Of a stretch of DNA of 64,000 bases, positions 19,879-27,789 are shown piece after piece. The DNA lies in IMG/VR virus record IMGVR_UViG_3300035180_001778, positions 124,001-188,000 of that record; one strand, written 5' to 3'. Position 1 is the stretch's first letter, and every line of letters begins with the position of its first letter. The notes beneath the pieces are model-generated. The model saw only the letters and a list, made by a program, of their open reading frames with translations. It was not told the DNA's origin and ran no database searches. Made by a program: the position numbers and the translations under genes.

Positions 19879-21122
19879 CAGCCACTCCTGAACGGCTTCC
19901 CGTCACGCATCTTCGGTAGAGGTAGGGCAGTTGAGGTGTCCTGATCGGACGTCTCCTCCCCAAGCATGCCCCACTTCTGAGCGTGAGCGGCATACTTCTC
20001 ATCATGCAATTCCGGATGAAGGATCCTCGATGCAGCGCTCTGAGCTTCGATCTGGCGATTCCGTAGAATCCGCTGACGGACATCCTCCGGGGAGAGGCCT
20101 GCGAAGTCCGTGCTTCCCTGGACGCCACGACCGCTGAACTCGGCCTCATTCGTGGCCACCAGAGCCTCGATGTCGTCCTTCCGCTTCTTCGCCTCTGCGC
20201 GTGTACGTTCCTCGAAGGCGGCCACAACCTGATCGTGCCAGTCCTTCTCGCCCCCAAGGTCGTTCTTGAGCTGAGCTGCCAGCTCCTCGACACTGCGGGC
20301 CACATTCATCACACCCTTGGCCCCAGACCCCTTCTCGTCCAGGGGCTCCCCAAGGATGACGTGCTTGAGCAAGCGATCCTTCCGAGTCGCAGATGTCTCC
20401 CGCTCGGTCTTCCGTCTACGCTCATCCTGAGCGTAGACTTTCTGGATCCCCTTGCCGGCTGAACAGGAGCCGATGAACTTGGCGTTCTCCCAGTCACGCT
20501 CGATCTGCGTGTGCATGTCCTCGTAGTAGTTGAGGGCTCGCCACAAGAGCTGAGCCCAATTCAACCCAATACGTTCGGTCCCCGGCACTCCCGTTGAAGC
20601 GGGGAACGTAGGGTCGATAGAACGAAGCTGCGCCCATCGGAACCTGGAGTAGTTCTCCGAGGCATAGGCCTCTGTGAGGATCACCGCGTTTGCACTTCGC
20701 CGATTCAGCTCGGAGAGGTGTCGGATGATGTTGTTCTTGGTCTTGAGGGGCAAAGCTCCGAACAGCTTGGCGATGTCGGGGATCCAGCGCTCCCTCTCCG
20801 GCAAGACGTTCTGCCCGTCGACCATGAAGACGCCGTACGCCAAGAAGAGATCCCAGAATTTCTGAGGCGGGGACACCCCTTCACGGATATTGCCCATCAT
20901 CCGCACGAGCCCGAACTCATGATGGTTCAGACTCTTGAAGACGATGTGGGTCTCGTTGATCTCCGCACTGACGGTCAAGAACCCGCGGAAGATCAACGGC
21001 TCGACGTCCCGATAGACCTCCGGATTGACTTCGGGGTCTTTGGGGATCGGGATGTCCTCGCGGGACCCCTCTTGTTGCTTCTGGAGGCGTTCCTGTTCTT
21101 GCCCGTAGTCACGGCCCGCCAT
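19878..21122 (-). CDS. Tail assembly chaperone-like protein
   Basis: Between tube and tape measure; stop overlaps the TMP start. Confidence 0.55.
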   Translation of the reverse strand: MAGRDYGQEQERLQKQQEGSREDIPIPKDPEVNPEVYRDVEPLIFRGFLTVSAEINETHIVFKSLNHHEFGLVRMMGNIREGVSPPQKFWDLFLAYGVFMVDGQNVLPERERWIPDIAKLFGALPLKTKNNIIRHLSELNRRSANAVILTEAYASENYSRFRWAQLRSIDPTFPASTGVPGTERIGLNWAQLLWRALNYYEDMHTQIERDWENAKFIGSCSAGKGIQKVYAQDERRRKTERETSATRKDRLLKHVILGEPLDEKGSGAKGVMNVARSVEELAAQLKNDLGGEKDWHDQVVAAFEERTRAEAKKRKDDIEALVATNEAEFSGRGVQGSTDFAGLSPEDVRQRILRNRQIEAQSAASRILHPELHDEKYAAHAQKWGMLGEETSDQDTSTALPLPKMRDGKPFRSG

Positions 21123-21125
21123 GAG

Positions 21126-22124
21126 CTACCTCGGCTGAGGACGAAACTTCGGATTCAACCCCACGGTCGGGGGACGCTCCAGGATCTCGCCAGCCTTGCC
21201 CGGGTCGATCCCCTGTTGCCGGCCCTCCAGAATCGCGACCTCGGTAGGCATCTCGACGCCAAGAGGCCCCTGCCCCAGAGCCCCGATCTGGTCCGCGTCG
21301 GCCTCCATGGCAGCGTACTTCTCCGCCTTGGTGGGGACCCGAGAAGCGGGCACCGTCTCTGTCCGCTGGGCCACAGGCGGAGGAGGCACAACCACAGCCA
21401 CCTGGTTGAGAGGCACTCGCCCAACCGGGACAACGGGCGGAGCAGGCTCCGGGCGAGCTGCAACCTCAGCGGCTTCGGCGAGCTTCTTCCGTCGCTCGAT
21501 CTCGGCGAACGCGATCTCGCCTTCCCGCTCCATGGCGAGCTTGATCTCTTCGGCGGTCGACTTCCGCATGAGACCCGCATCGGCGAGAATCGAATCGACG
21601 AGAGCGTTGGGGACCTCGTCCTCAATCTCCTTCAGATCCCCAAGAACCCGCCGGAAGCGCTCTTCGGGAGTCTCTTCGGGGATGAGGAACTTGACAGAGG
21701 AATTGGTCTCGGTCTCCGCCCGCGAGATGGCATCCCCCACCTTGCGCCAGACGGTATAGACCGCTTCCTTCCCCCACGTCGAGATGAGGTTCTTCAGGAG
21801 GTAGCTGTGCAGCTCCAGCTTGACCGTCTGAACATTGCCCTTGGCATCCGTCTCTTCATCCTCGATGAATTGGACGCCCCGGAGGTCAACCCCGTTGACC
21901 TCGACGATGGCCCGGGACACCTGACCACGTTGCCAGGTATTGAGGTACTCGACCTCGTCCGTGATCCCCGCGAGGGACTTGTTGATGTCCTCGTACTCGC
22001 TGTGACGAAGGCTCCGGACCACGAGAAGGGAACCTCCAATGGTCACTTCCTCCTCGACGATGCTGATGTTCTTGGCCTTCTCTAGGGCCGACGTGAGCTT
22101 CTTGGCGGAAATGCTGCTTCCCAT
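21126..22124 (-). CDS. Tail assembly chaperone-like protein
   Basis: After the tube; 'VVRSLRHSEY...AIVEVNGVDL' chaperone-like pattern. Confidence 0.55.
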   Translation of the reverse strand: MGSSISAKKLTSALEKAKNISIVEEEVTIGGSLLVVRSLRHSEYEDINKSLAGITDEVEYLNTWQRGQVSRAIVEVNGVDLRGVQFIEDEETDAKGNVQTVKLELHSYLLKNLISTWGKEAVYTVWRKVGDAISRAETETNSSVKFLIPEETPEERFRRVLGDLKEIEDEVPNALVDSILADAGLMRKSTAEEIKLAMEREGEIAFAEIERRKKLAEAAEVAARPEPAPPVVPVGRVPLNQVAVVVPPPPVAQRTETVPASRVPTKAEKYAAMEADADQIGALGQGPLGVEMPTEVAILEGRQQGIDPGKAGEILERPPTVGLNPKFRPQPR

Positions 22125-22150
22125 AATCCCATCCGGTGTATATTCGGGGC

Positions 22151-22387
22151 ATGTCTGAACCCCTGATGCTTCAAGTGATCGACTACAACGAAACCCGGGA
22201 AATCCGGGAAATCCGGCCCACCTACGAAATGGATGGAAGGGTCAGTAACCTCGAACCCGTCAAGAACTCGGAACGGGCATTTCTCAGTCTGCAAATCCCG
22301 GACGGCCCTGTCGTGAAGGTGGAAGTCCGGCATGAGGACTTCGAAAAGCACCTCATGCCGGACCTTCAGAAGACCGCTACAGGGTGA
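22151..22387 (+). CDS. Hypothetical protein
   Basis: MSEPLMLQVIDY...; ATG 10 nt after GGTGTA. Confidence 0.6.
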   Translation: MSEPLMLQVIDYNETREIREIRPTYEMDGRVSNLEPVKNSERAFLSLQIPDGPVVKVEVRHEDFEKHLMPDLQKTATG

Positions 22388-23087
22388 CCTGGGGAGCCTG
22401 GCTCCCACCCGCGAAGCGGAGCGAGTAGCCCTTGCCGGCCGCACCGTTCTCGGAGATGGGGGCCAGACCCGTATCGATGAACTCGCCGTACTGGCTGATC
22501 CCGTCGAGGATGTCCGTCACCGTCACCGAGGAGTTCTCAGCCACGAGGGCCGCGTCCGAGGTGAACGAAGCGCTGTAGCTGTTGAACCAGCATCCCTCGT
22601 AGTACGTGAAGAGCGCCTGAATGGCCCCCGGGACGATCCCCGATACAGCCGGACCCACGTTCACGTCCGCCGGCTGAGGCGTGTTCACGCCGTCGAGGTT
22701 CGCGATCTCGCTGAAGACGATCTCTTGCTTGATGTCGAACGGCCAGCGGTGGTGCCGTAGGCTCCGAACCATACCATCGATCCCGCCCTTGTACCCGACC
22801 GCCTGGAAGACGTTCTGAATGTACAGGAGCGTACGATTGATGGTGAGGGTCATCGGCTCCGTCACGGAAGGGACCAGCTCAGCGACCATGTCGCCAAAGC
22901 CGACTCCGCGCACAGGCTCGATGGTCCGCGACTCATCAAAGCCGAACTCCGAGACGGCTCCGATCTGGGTGAATCCCTGAGACGCTCCAACGGAGTATCC
23001 AAAAACTTTGTTTTTTTGGCTAGATACTGCTCTTGTATTCGGAGCCGTACCCGTGCGGTAAATATAATTTGTGGAAGGGTTGGGCAT
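22377..23087 (-). CDS. Tail tube protein
   Basis: IGAVSEF...ESRTIEPVRGVGFGD..AELVP, YEGCWFNSYS: contractile-tail tube pattern. Confidence 0.8.
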   Translation of the reverse strand: MPNPSTNYIYRTGTAPNTRAVSSQKNKVFGYSVGASQGFTQIGAVSEFGFDESRTIEPVRGVGFGDMVAELVPSVTEPMTLTINRTLLYIQNVFQAVGYKGGIDGMVRSLRHHRWPFDIKQEIVFSEIANLDGVNTPQPADVNVGPAVSGIVPGAIQALFTYYEGCWFNSYSASFTSDAALVAENSSVTVTDILDGISQYGEFIDTGLAPISENGAAGKGYSLRFAGGSQAPQVTL

Positions 23088-23090
23088 GAC

Positions 23091-23762
23091 TCACCTTTGG
23101 GTGTTGAGCATGTAGAAAATCGTTCGGTCCCTTTTCCGGGAATTACACGACCTACATGAAGGAATGATGTTCTCTGCCGTGTGAGGACCCCCGCGAGAAA
23201 TGGGGATCATGTGGTCCATCGTCAGAGAATCACACTCGACAAGGCAGTAACCGCACTTCTGATCGAATACATATAGAATCTCAAGCCACTCCTCATATTG
23301 AAAGGGAGAGCTTGCATAGATGCTTCTTCGCCGAAGACTTGAAGTCCGAAGGAGATCCTGATTTTCAACGTACCAACGCTGGTAATATGCGCGCACCTTT
23401 TCAGGGTGCGCCTTCATCCAAGACTTGATCCAGCCTTTGGCTTTGGCTTGGTTCTCGGGCTGCTCCAACCAACGTGCATGGTAAAAACGCATCTTTTCAG
23501 GATGTGCCTGTTTCCATTTCTTGCTGTAAGCGAGAATCTTCTCTGGTTCTCGCTTGTACTGGGCTAGCGCACGAACCCTAGCTTGGGGAAGCTCCCGTTC
23601 TCGTTGTAGAGCGAGCTTTTCAGGGTTACGACCACGCCAAGCTGTTGTACGCTGAACGATCACAGCCTTTTTGCAGGATTCGCAACGCAAACGCTTGGGA
23701 GACGATCCGCTTGGCAGATCACCCCCACAACCGATGCATGTACGAACTGCTTCGAGCACCAT
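23091..23762 (-). CDS. HNH homing endonuclease
   Basis: CGYC...TMDHMIPISRGGPHTAENIIPSCRSCNSRK; lower GC. Confidence 0.9.
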   Translation of the reverse strand: MVLEAVRTCIGCGGDLPSGSSPKRLRCESCKKAVIVQRTTAWRGRNPEKLALQRERELPQARVRALAQYKREPEKILAYSKKWKQAHPEKMRFYHARWLEQPENQAKAKGWIKSWMKAHPEKVRAYYQRWYVENQDLLRTSSLRRRSIYASSPFQYEEWLEILYVFDQKCGYCLVECDSLTMDHMIPISRGGPHTAENIIPSCRSCNSRKRDRTIFYMLNTQR

Positions 23763-23909
23763 TTACATCTTCATCCGTGCTTCACTGATCGACGTACGAG
23801 CCTTCTGGAGATGATCCATCGCCTCACGGAGAAGGGACACGATCTCAGGACGCGACGACTTCATGTCCCCCATCAGCTCTTGGAGAGGTCGGTCAGGGTC
23901 CAACATCAT
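23763..23909 (-). CDS. Small helical protein (48 aa); possibly the -1 frame continuation of 23906-23998
   Basis: MMLDPDRPLQELMGDMKSSRPEIVSLLREAMDHLQKARTSISEARMKM; TAA abuts the HNH start. Confidence 0.5.
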   Translation of the reverse strand: MMLDPDRPLQELMGDMKSSRPEIVSLLREAMDHLQKARTSISEARMKM

Positions 23910-23998
23910 CCCCCCCAAATCTTGTTCAAACGATCCAACTGCTCTTTCGGGTCAGTTGTACGTCGAGCCGCCGTCCGCCGATCGTAGGAGTTACTCAT
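23906..23998 (-). CDS. 30-aa peptide with SYDRRTA tag
   Basis: MSNSYDRRTAARRTTDPKEQLDRLNKIWGG*, ending in a G7 tract. Confidence 0.5.
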   Translation of the reverse strand: MSNSYDRRTAARRTTDPKEQLDRLNKIWGG

Positions 23999-24009
23999 GA
24001 CTCATTCCC

Positions 24010-24870
24010 TCAGATCTTGGCCGTTGCGAAGAGGTCGTGAATCTTCGACGCCTGCTTCGAGAGCGCGTACAGATCCTTCTTCACCCAGGTGTGGGCCAGA
24101 TCCACCTCCTGAAGAAGAGAGCCGATCTTCGAGGTGACCGTGAGGAGATCGCCCTTGGCCTTGGCCGCATTGAACTTGCGTCCAGCCGCCACCAGACGAT
24201 CGATGCGGTCCTCCGTCACCATGACCGTCTGAAGGATCTCTCCCGCCAGCTTGGAGTTCTCCACGAGGGTTTCGTGAGAGGCGACCTTGGGGTGCGTGAT
24301 GTCCGTCGGAAGCTTCTGAGGAGCTTCCGGATTGACCGTGTCGACCTTGGGAGCCCCCATGGAGTTGAAGGCCGAGTTGCTCGACTGGTCGCCGAAGTTG
24401 GGAAGGCTGATGGCCGCAACCATCGCCCGAAGGCCTTTGAGAGCCTCCGAGGGGACCTTGCCGGCCGCAGCAAGATGGGTGATCGCAGCCACTTGGTGCT
24501 CGATCTGATCCAAGTGTTGCGGAAGGGTATTGGGGTTGAGAGTTTCGTCCGCCATGGGGCTGCTCGCGTCCTTTCCCGGCATGGGATGATGATCGTGTGC
24601 CGGAATAAGAGGACTAGCGGCCCACCTCGCTCGTCGAGGTACAAAGAGCGCCTCCATGGCGGCCAGGTCGATGGGGATCATCGCCTGCCCTTCTGCGTTG
24701 AACCGATCGAGCGCCTGCCTTGCGAGCCCACGGCCCGAGACAAGAGCTGCAACGAATTTCAAAACAGAAAGGGTCCCGAGGTTGTATCGGGACCCATCGG
24801 GGATTTGGACGTAGTTCGTGGGACCGTCAGTCCCAATCGTCACCGTCGTGAGCTGTCGTCGTACCGGCAC
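24010..24870 (-). CDS. Hypothetical protein, candidate internal virion protein
   Basis: 286-aa ORF with KVAS and RWAAS-type sites; possible internal start near 24555-24582. Confidence 0.65.
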   Translation of the reverse strand: MPVRRQLTTVTIGTDGPTNYVQIPDGSRYNLGTLSVLKFVAALVSGRGLARQALDRFNAEGQAMIPIDLAAMEALFVPRRARWAASPLIPAHDHHPMPGKDASSPMADETLNPNTLPQHLDQIEHQVAAITHLAAAGKVPSEALKGLRAMVAAISLPNFGDQSSNSAFNSMGAPKVDTVNPEAPQKLPTDITHPKVASHETLVENSKLAGEILQTVMVTEDRIDRLVAAGRKFNAAKAKGDLLTVTSKIGSLLQEVDLAHTWVKKDLYALSKQASKIHDLFATAKI

Positions 24871-24904
24871 ATACTAGCCAGGGTACGAAAGGAATCTCAT
24901 GACC

Positions 24905-25192
24905 CTACCTGCATTTGCACATGACCAGCCAAGCGGCTGGATTCGTGTTTTGCTGCTCGAAGGACAAAACTTGGTTCGGGTGCGCGCATGCTATCGACCC
25001 GGTATCCGACCACTTCACCTGACCCTGGTCCAGGCAAACGCCTCGCCGAACGTTCCAGTAGTGCTTCAACCCGAAGTAGAAAATGGACACCAAAAGCAAC
25101 ACCCAGATCAGGATGTTGTACTTCCTGTGGGTCCAGAACTCGCCGGAGGAGATTGAAGGCTTCGTCGGGGACGGTTCACGGTAGGGATCCAT
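24905..25192 (-). CDS. Small single-TM membrane protein
   Basis: ILIWVLLLVSIFYFGL hydrophobic helix; GGTGTA-N10-ATG start. Confidence 0.7.
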   Translation of the reverse strand: MDPYREPSPTKPSISSGEFWTHRKYNILIWVLLLVSIFYFGLKHYWNVRRGVCLDQGQVKWSDTGSIACAHPNQVLSFEQQNTNPAAWLVMCKCR

Positions 25193-25201
25193 GTCCCTCC
25201 T

Positions 25202-25525
25202 CTACACCAAAAGGAGGGACCGACCCCAAGAAGACATGAAGGCCTTGATGTTTTCCCGCCCAATGCAGTTCTCAGAATGGATCTCGAACTCCGGCGGATT
25301 GACGCAGCCGAACTCGTAAAAGAGCCAGTTCAAGAACCGCATCGCGGTATCATCACCCCCAAGATCGTGGTCGAGATCCATGAACATGGGAGGCCCATGC
25401 GCTTCGACCAAGAGACGAGCCTCATCAGATGATGTCGCGCCAAGGAACCCCTCGGGAGTCCACCGAGCCCGAAGATCCGGGTCGGGATCCGCGAGCTGGT
25501 CGTCAAGCCAAAGTCTCCAGGTCAT
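25202..25525 (-). CDS. Cyclic-phosphate-processing receiver-like domain protein
   Basis: LWLDD...R..PEGF...DLDHDLG..D...IHSEN..G pattern. Confidence 0.75.
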   Translation of the reverse strand: MTWRLWLDDQLADPDPDLRARWTPEGFLGATSSDEARLLVEAHGPPMFMDLDHDLGGDDTAMRFLNWLFYEFGCVNPPEFEIHSENCIGRENIKAFMSSWGRSLLLV

Positions 25526-25530
25526 AGGGC

Positions 25531-25692
25531 TCAGAAGGGAAGCTGCGTTTCGGGGCGCATGTAACGCTCTCGCGGATGTACTGGGACCTTGGGGTACTCC
25601 AAGTCGACGAAGACAGGAGGTTCATCATACATGGGAGCCTCCCTCTGCCAAACCTTGAGGTTCTCACGGGCAATCTGACCGGGCGTTTTCAT
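25531..25692 (-). CDS. Small hypothetical protein (53 aa)
   Basis: MKTPGQIARENLKVWQREAPMYDEPPVFVDLEYPKVPVHPRERYMRPETQLPF; GAAGGAG RBS. Confidence 0.6.
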   Translation of the reverse strand: MKTPGQIARENLKVWQREAPMYDEPPVFVDLEYPKVPVHPRERYMRPETQLPF

Positions 25693-25705
25693 GACGCTCC
25701 TTCAG

Positions 25706-25948
25706 TCAGTAGGGGAATTCGCCAAGCTGGTCCAGGATGGACTTTCGGATCACCGCACCATCTTTCCTGGTGACAGGTTCGATCTCCAGCTCGACGATCT
25801 GAAGCTGACGATCACGGTCATCGTAGATCGTCTCCTCGATCGAAGGCTTGTCGTAGAATCGGTCCGAGGTGGCGTCCGGGTCCTTGTGTAAGGGTGCGTA
25901 CATGCGGTCGCAGGTTTCGTCGGTCCCCAAAATATCGTAGATCGGCAT
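25706..25948 (-). CDS. Hypothetical acidic protein
   Basis: ORF with AGGA RBS in the minus-strand run. Confidence 0.6.
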   Translation of the reverse strand: MPIYDILGTDETCDRMYAPLHKDPDATSDRFYDKPSIEETIYDDRDRQLQIVELEIEPVTRKDGAVIRKSILDQLGEFPY

Positions 25949-25983
25949 GGTTGTCCTACAGGGTCCTGGCGAGCCCGATCAAC

Positions 25984-26841
25984 TCAGACGCGCCGGAGAA
26001 GCTCGATCATGTGCGTGACGAGGATCAGCGTACCCTGTTCTGGCCCCCAGAGCCATAGCCCATCCGTGTGCCACTCCGGAAGCTCCCCCATGGCTCTTTC
26101 CATGTCGTTGAAGACGCTGGCGGCCGTGAAGAGGTTGAACTCCAGGTAGGCGCTCTTGCGAGACACCAAGACCTTGCGCCGGCTGTCGGTCTCCTCGCTG
26201 ACGAGAAGCCCCCTCAAGTGCCCCATCCGGAACAGCTCGACCCAACCCCCAAGGAGCTGGTCATGGGTCTCCGCGAGCACGAACCCGTTGGACCCGACGT
26301 CGAGAACCTTCACCTTGGGCCACGACCCGACCACAGGGCCCCCGCCGTCAAGATGGTCCCGAATCCACCCCACGGCGGTGGTGAGCCGCTCCCCCAGCTC
26401 GCGCTTCGAGAGACCCTCTTCGGGGAAGAACGACCGGAGAAGCCGGAAGAAGCGCCCACGCTCGGGTTCGATGTGCCCCAACATCGAAAAGCCCCGCCGA
26501 TGTATGAGGTCCACCGACGCCACCACCCCAGGCATCGCCGGGTGAATCGCCAGGGTCCGATCAAAGAAGAGAGCCATCGCGAAGATGGTGTCGAGGTCGC
26601 GGATTCGGTGCGTAGCGAACAAAAGCGGGAAAGGCCTCCCAAGGATGAGATCCTCGAAGAAGCTCGTCAGGGCGCCAGGGTCCGCTTGTCCGAACCCTGC
26701 CCCATGGTGCTCGTAGACGAAAAGGCCCGGGTCGCCCGCTTGCTCACGACTTGCCCCTGTCTCGAACGCGACAGCATCAGGAACGATGACGGGGAGCGTC
26801 GGATCTACGCGGGCGTTGAAAGTGATTGGTGTAGGCATCAC
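25984..26841 (-). CDS. DHH-like phosphoesterase
   Basis: YEHHG, HRIRDLD and VDLIH metal-binding-like motifs. Confidence 0.5.
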   Translation of the reverse strand: MMPTPITFNARVDPTLPVIVPDAVAFETGASREQAGDPGLFVYEHHGAGFGQADPGALTSFFEDLILGRPFPLLFATHRIRDLDTIFAMALFFDRTLAIHPAMPGVVASVDLIHRRGFSMLGHIEPERGRFFRLLRSFFPEEGLSKRELGERLTTAVGWIRDHLDGGGPVVGSWPKVKVLDVGSNGFVLAETHDQLLGGWVELFRMGHLRGLLVSEETDSRRKVLVSRKSAYLEFNLFTAASVFNDMERAMGELPEWHTDGLWLWGPEQGTLILVTHMIELLRRV

Positions 26842-26864
26842 CTAGATGCCTACACCAATCACTT
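26820..26864. repeat. Perfect 20-bp inverted repeat with 5-nt loop over a start codon
   Basis: AAGTGATTGGTGTAGGCATC-accta-GATGCCTACACCAATCACTT. Confidence 0.95.
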
Positions 26865-27041
26865 CAGGACGAAGGTCTCTCGGATCCAGTAGGAGGGGGG
26901 ATCTCCCATAAGAGCATCCAAAGCGATCATCTCGAACCGCTTTACGATCCAGTTCGCGGCCAGTTCACGCGACGCAAAAGGCCTCACACCGTGGACTTCT
27001 TGGTTACGCTCGACGCTCATGACCGTGTATACGATTCGCAT
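26859..27041 (-). CDS. Small hypothetical protein (60 aa)
   Basis: MRIVYTVMSVERNQEVHGVRPFASRELAANWI... Confidence 0.5.
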   Translation of the reverse strand: MRIVYTVMSVERNQEVHGVRPFASRELAANWIVKRFEMIALDALMGDPPSYWIRETFVLK

Positions 27042-27381
27042 AATCTCTACGTACTCCGCAGTGTCCGTAGTTGAACCCGTACAGGAACGTCGCCCCTGAA
27101 GGGGGCCGGAACTCGAAGTCTGCCTGCCCGCAACACGAGTGCGAAAGCTCGAAGGCAAGACGATCCGCCGGGTTGGACACATCGGCAAACCGGAAGGAAT
27201 CCGAGCACTCGTACGCCTCGTGATCCTCCCAAATCGTGAGGATCTCAGCGTCCACGTAGGCAGCGATATCCTCGTCGTATAGGGTGGGGAGTACCTCCGC
27301 GAGTGCCGTGCGGCCACCCTTGTAGTAAGCGAAGGCCGCGGGGGAGAGGTCCAGGACGAGGAAACGGGGATCGATGCTCAT
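27004..27381 (-). CDS. Hypothetical protein
   Basis: ORF with AGGA RBS; CCG...FLYGFNYGH motif. Confidence 0.6.
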   Translation of the reverse strand: MSIDPRFLVLDLSPAAFAYYKGGRTALAEVLPTLYDEDIAAYVDAEILTIWEDHEAYECSDSFRFADVSNPADRLAFELSHSCCGQADFEFRPPSGATFLYGFNYGHCGVRRDYANRIHGHERRA

Positions 27382-27417
27382 GGGAGTCCTACAGCTAGGA
27401 CCCCCATCCGATCAACC

Positions 27418-27789
27418 TCAGACGCGGCTTTCCCAGTACTCGTCCTTCGACTCGTACAGCTCCATGTAATCCTCGATGCGATCCTTCAGGTTGTCCCGCC
27501 AGTTCTGGGTCCGCTTCACGATAGGCGCCTTGTCGGGCACCATCGGCCGGTCCTTGCCGAAGTTGTAGAACTGGACGCGGATCGCATCCTCCCCTTGGCC
27601 GGCTCCCATCCCCGAGTTGGGATGGATCGAAGTCCAGATCCGGATCCCGATGGTCTTCGCCTCGTTCAGGAAGAGGTTGATGACGACCTCCCCCCGGCTG
27701 GCCCCATGCTGAGGCCTGAGCGCCCGGAAGGCTCGCTTGAGGTACGTCTCCATCTCGGGCAACGTGATCTGCGTGAATTGAGCGGCCAT
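27418..27789 (-). CDS. Conserved phage hypothetical protein
   Basis: IRIWTSI...GEDAIRV...VKRTQNWRDNL; start overlaps the helicase stop. Confidence 0.7.
   Translation of the reverse strand: MAAQFTQITLPEMETYLKRAFRALRPQHGASRGEVVINLFLNEAKTIGIRIWTSIHPNSGMGAGQGEDAIRVQFYNFGKDRPMVPDKAPIVKRTQNWRDNLKDRIEDYMELYESKDEYWESRV

Noticed and set aside
19878-22124. Programmed frameshift between tail chaperone genes
   Set aside because: No convincing slippery heptamer seen near the end of 21126-22124; the next gene has its own ATG and GAGG RBS
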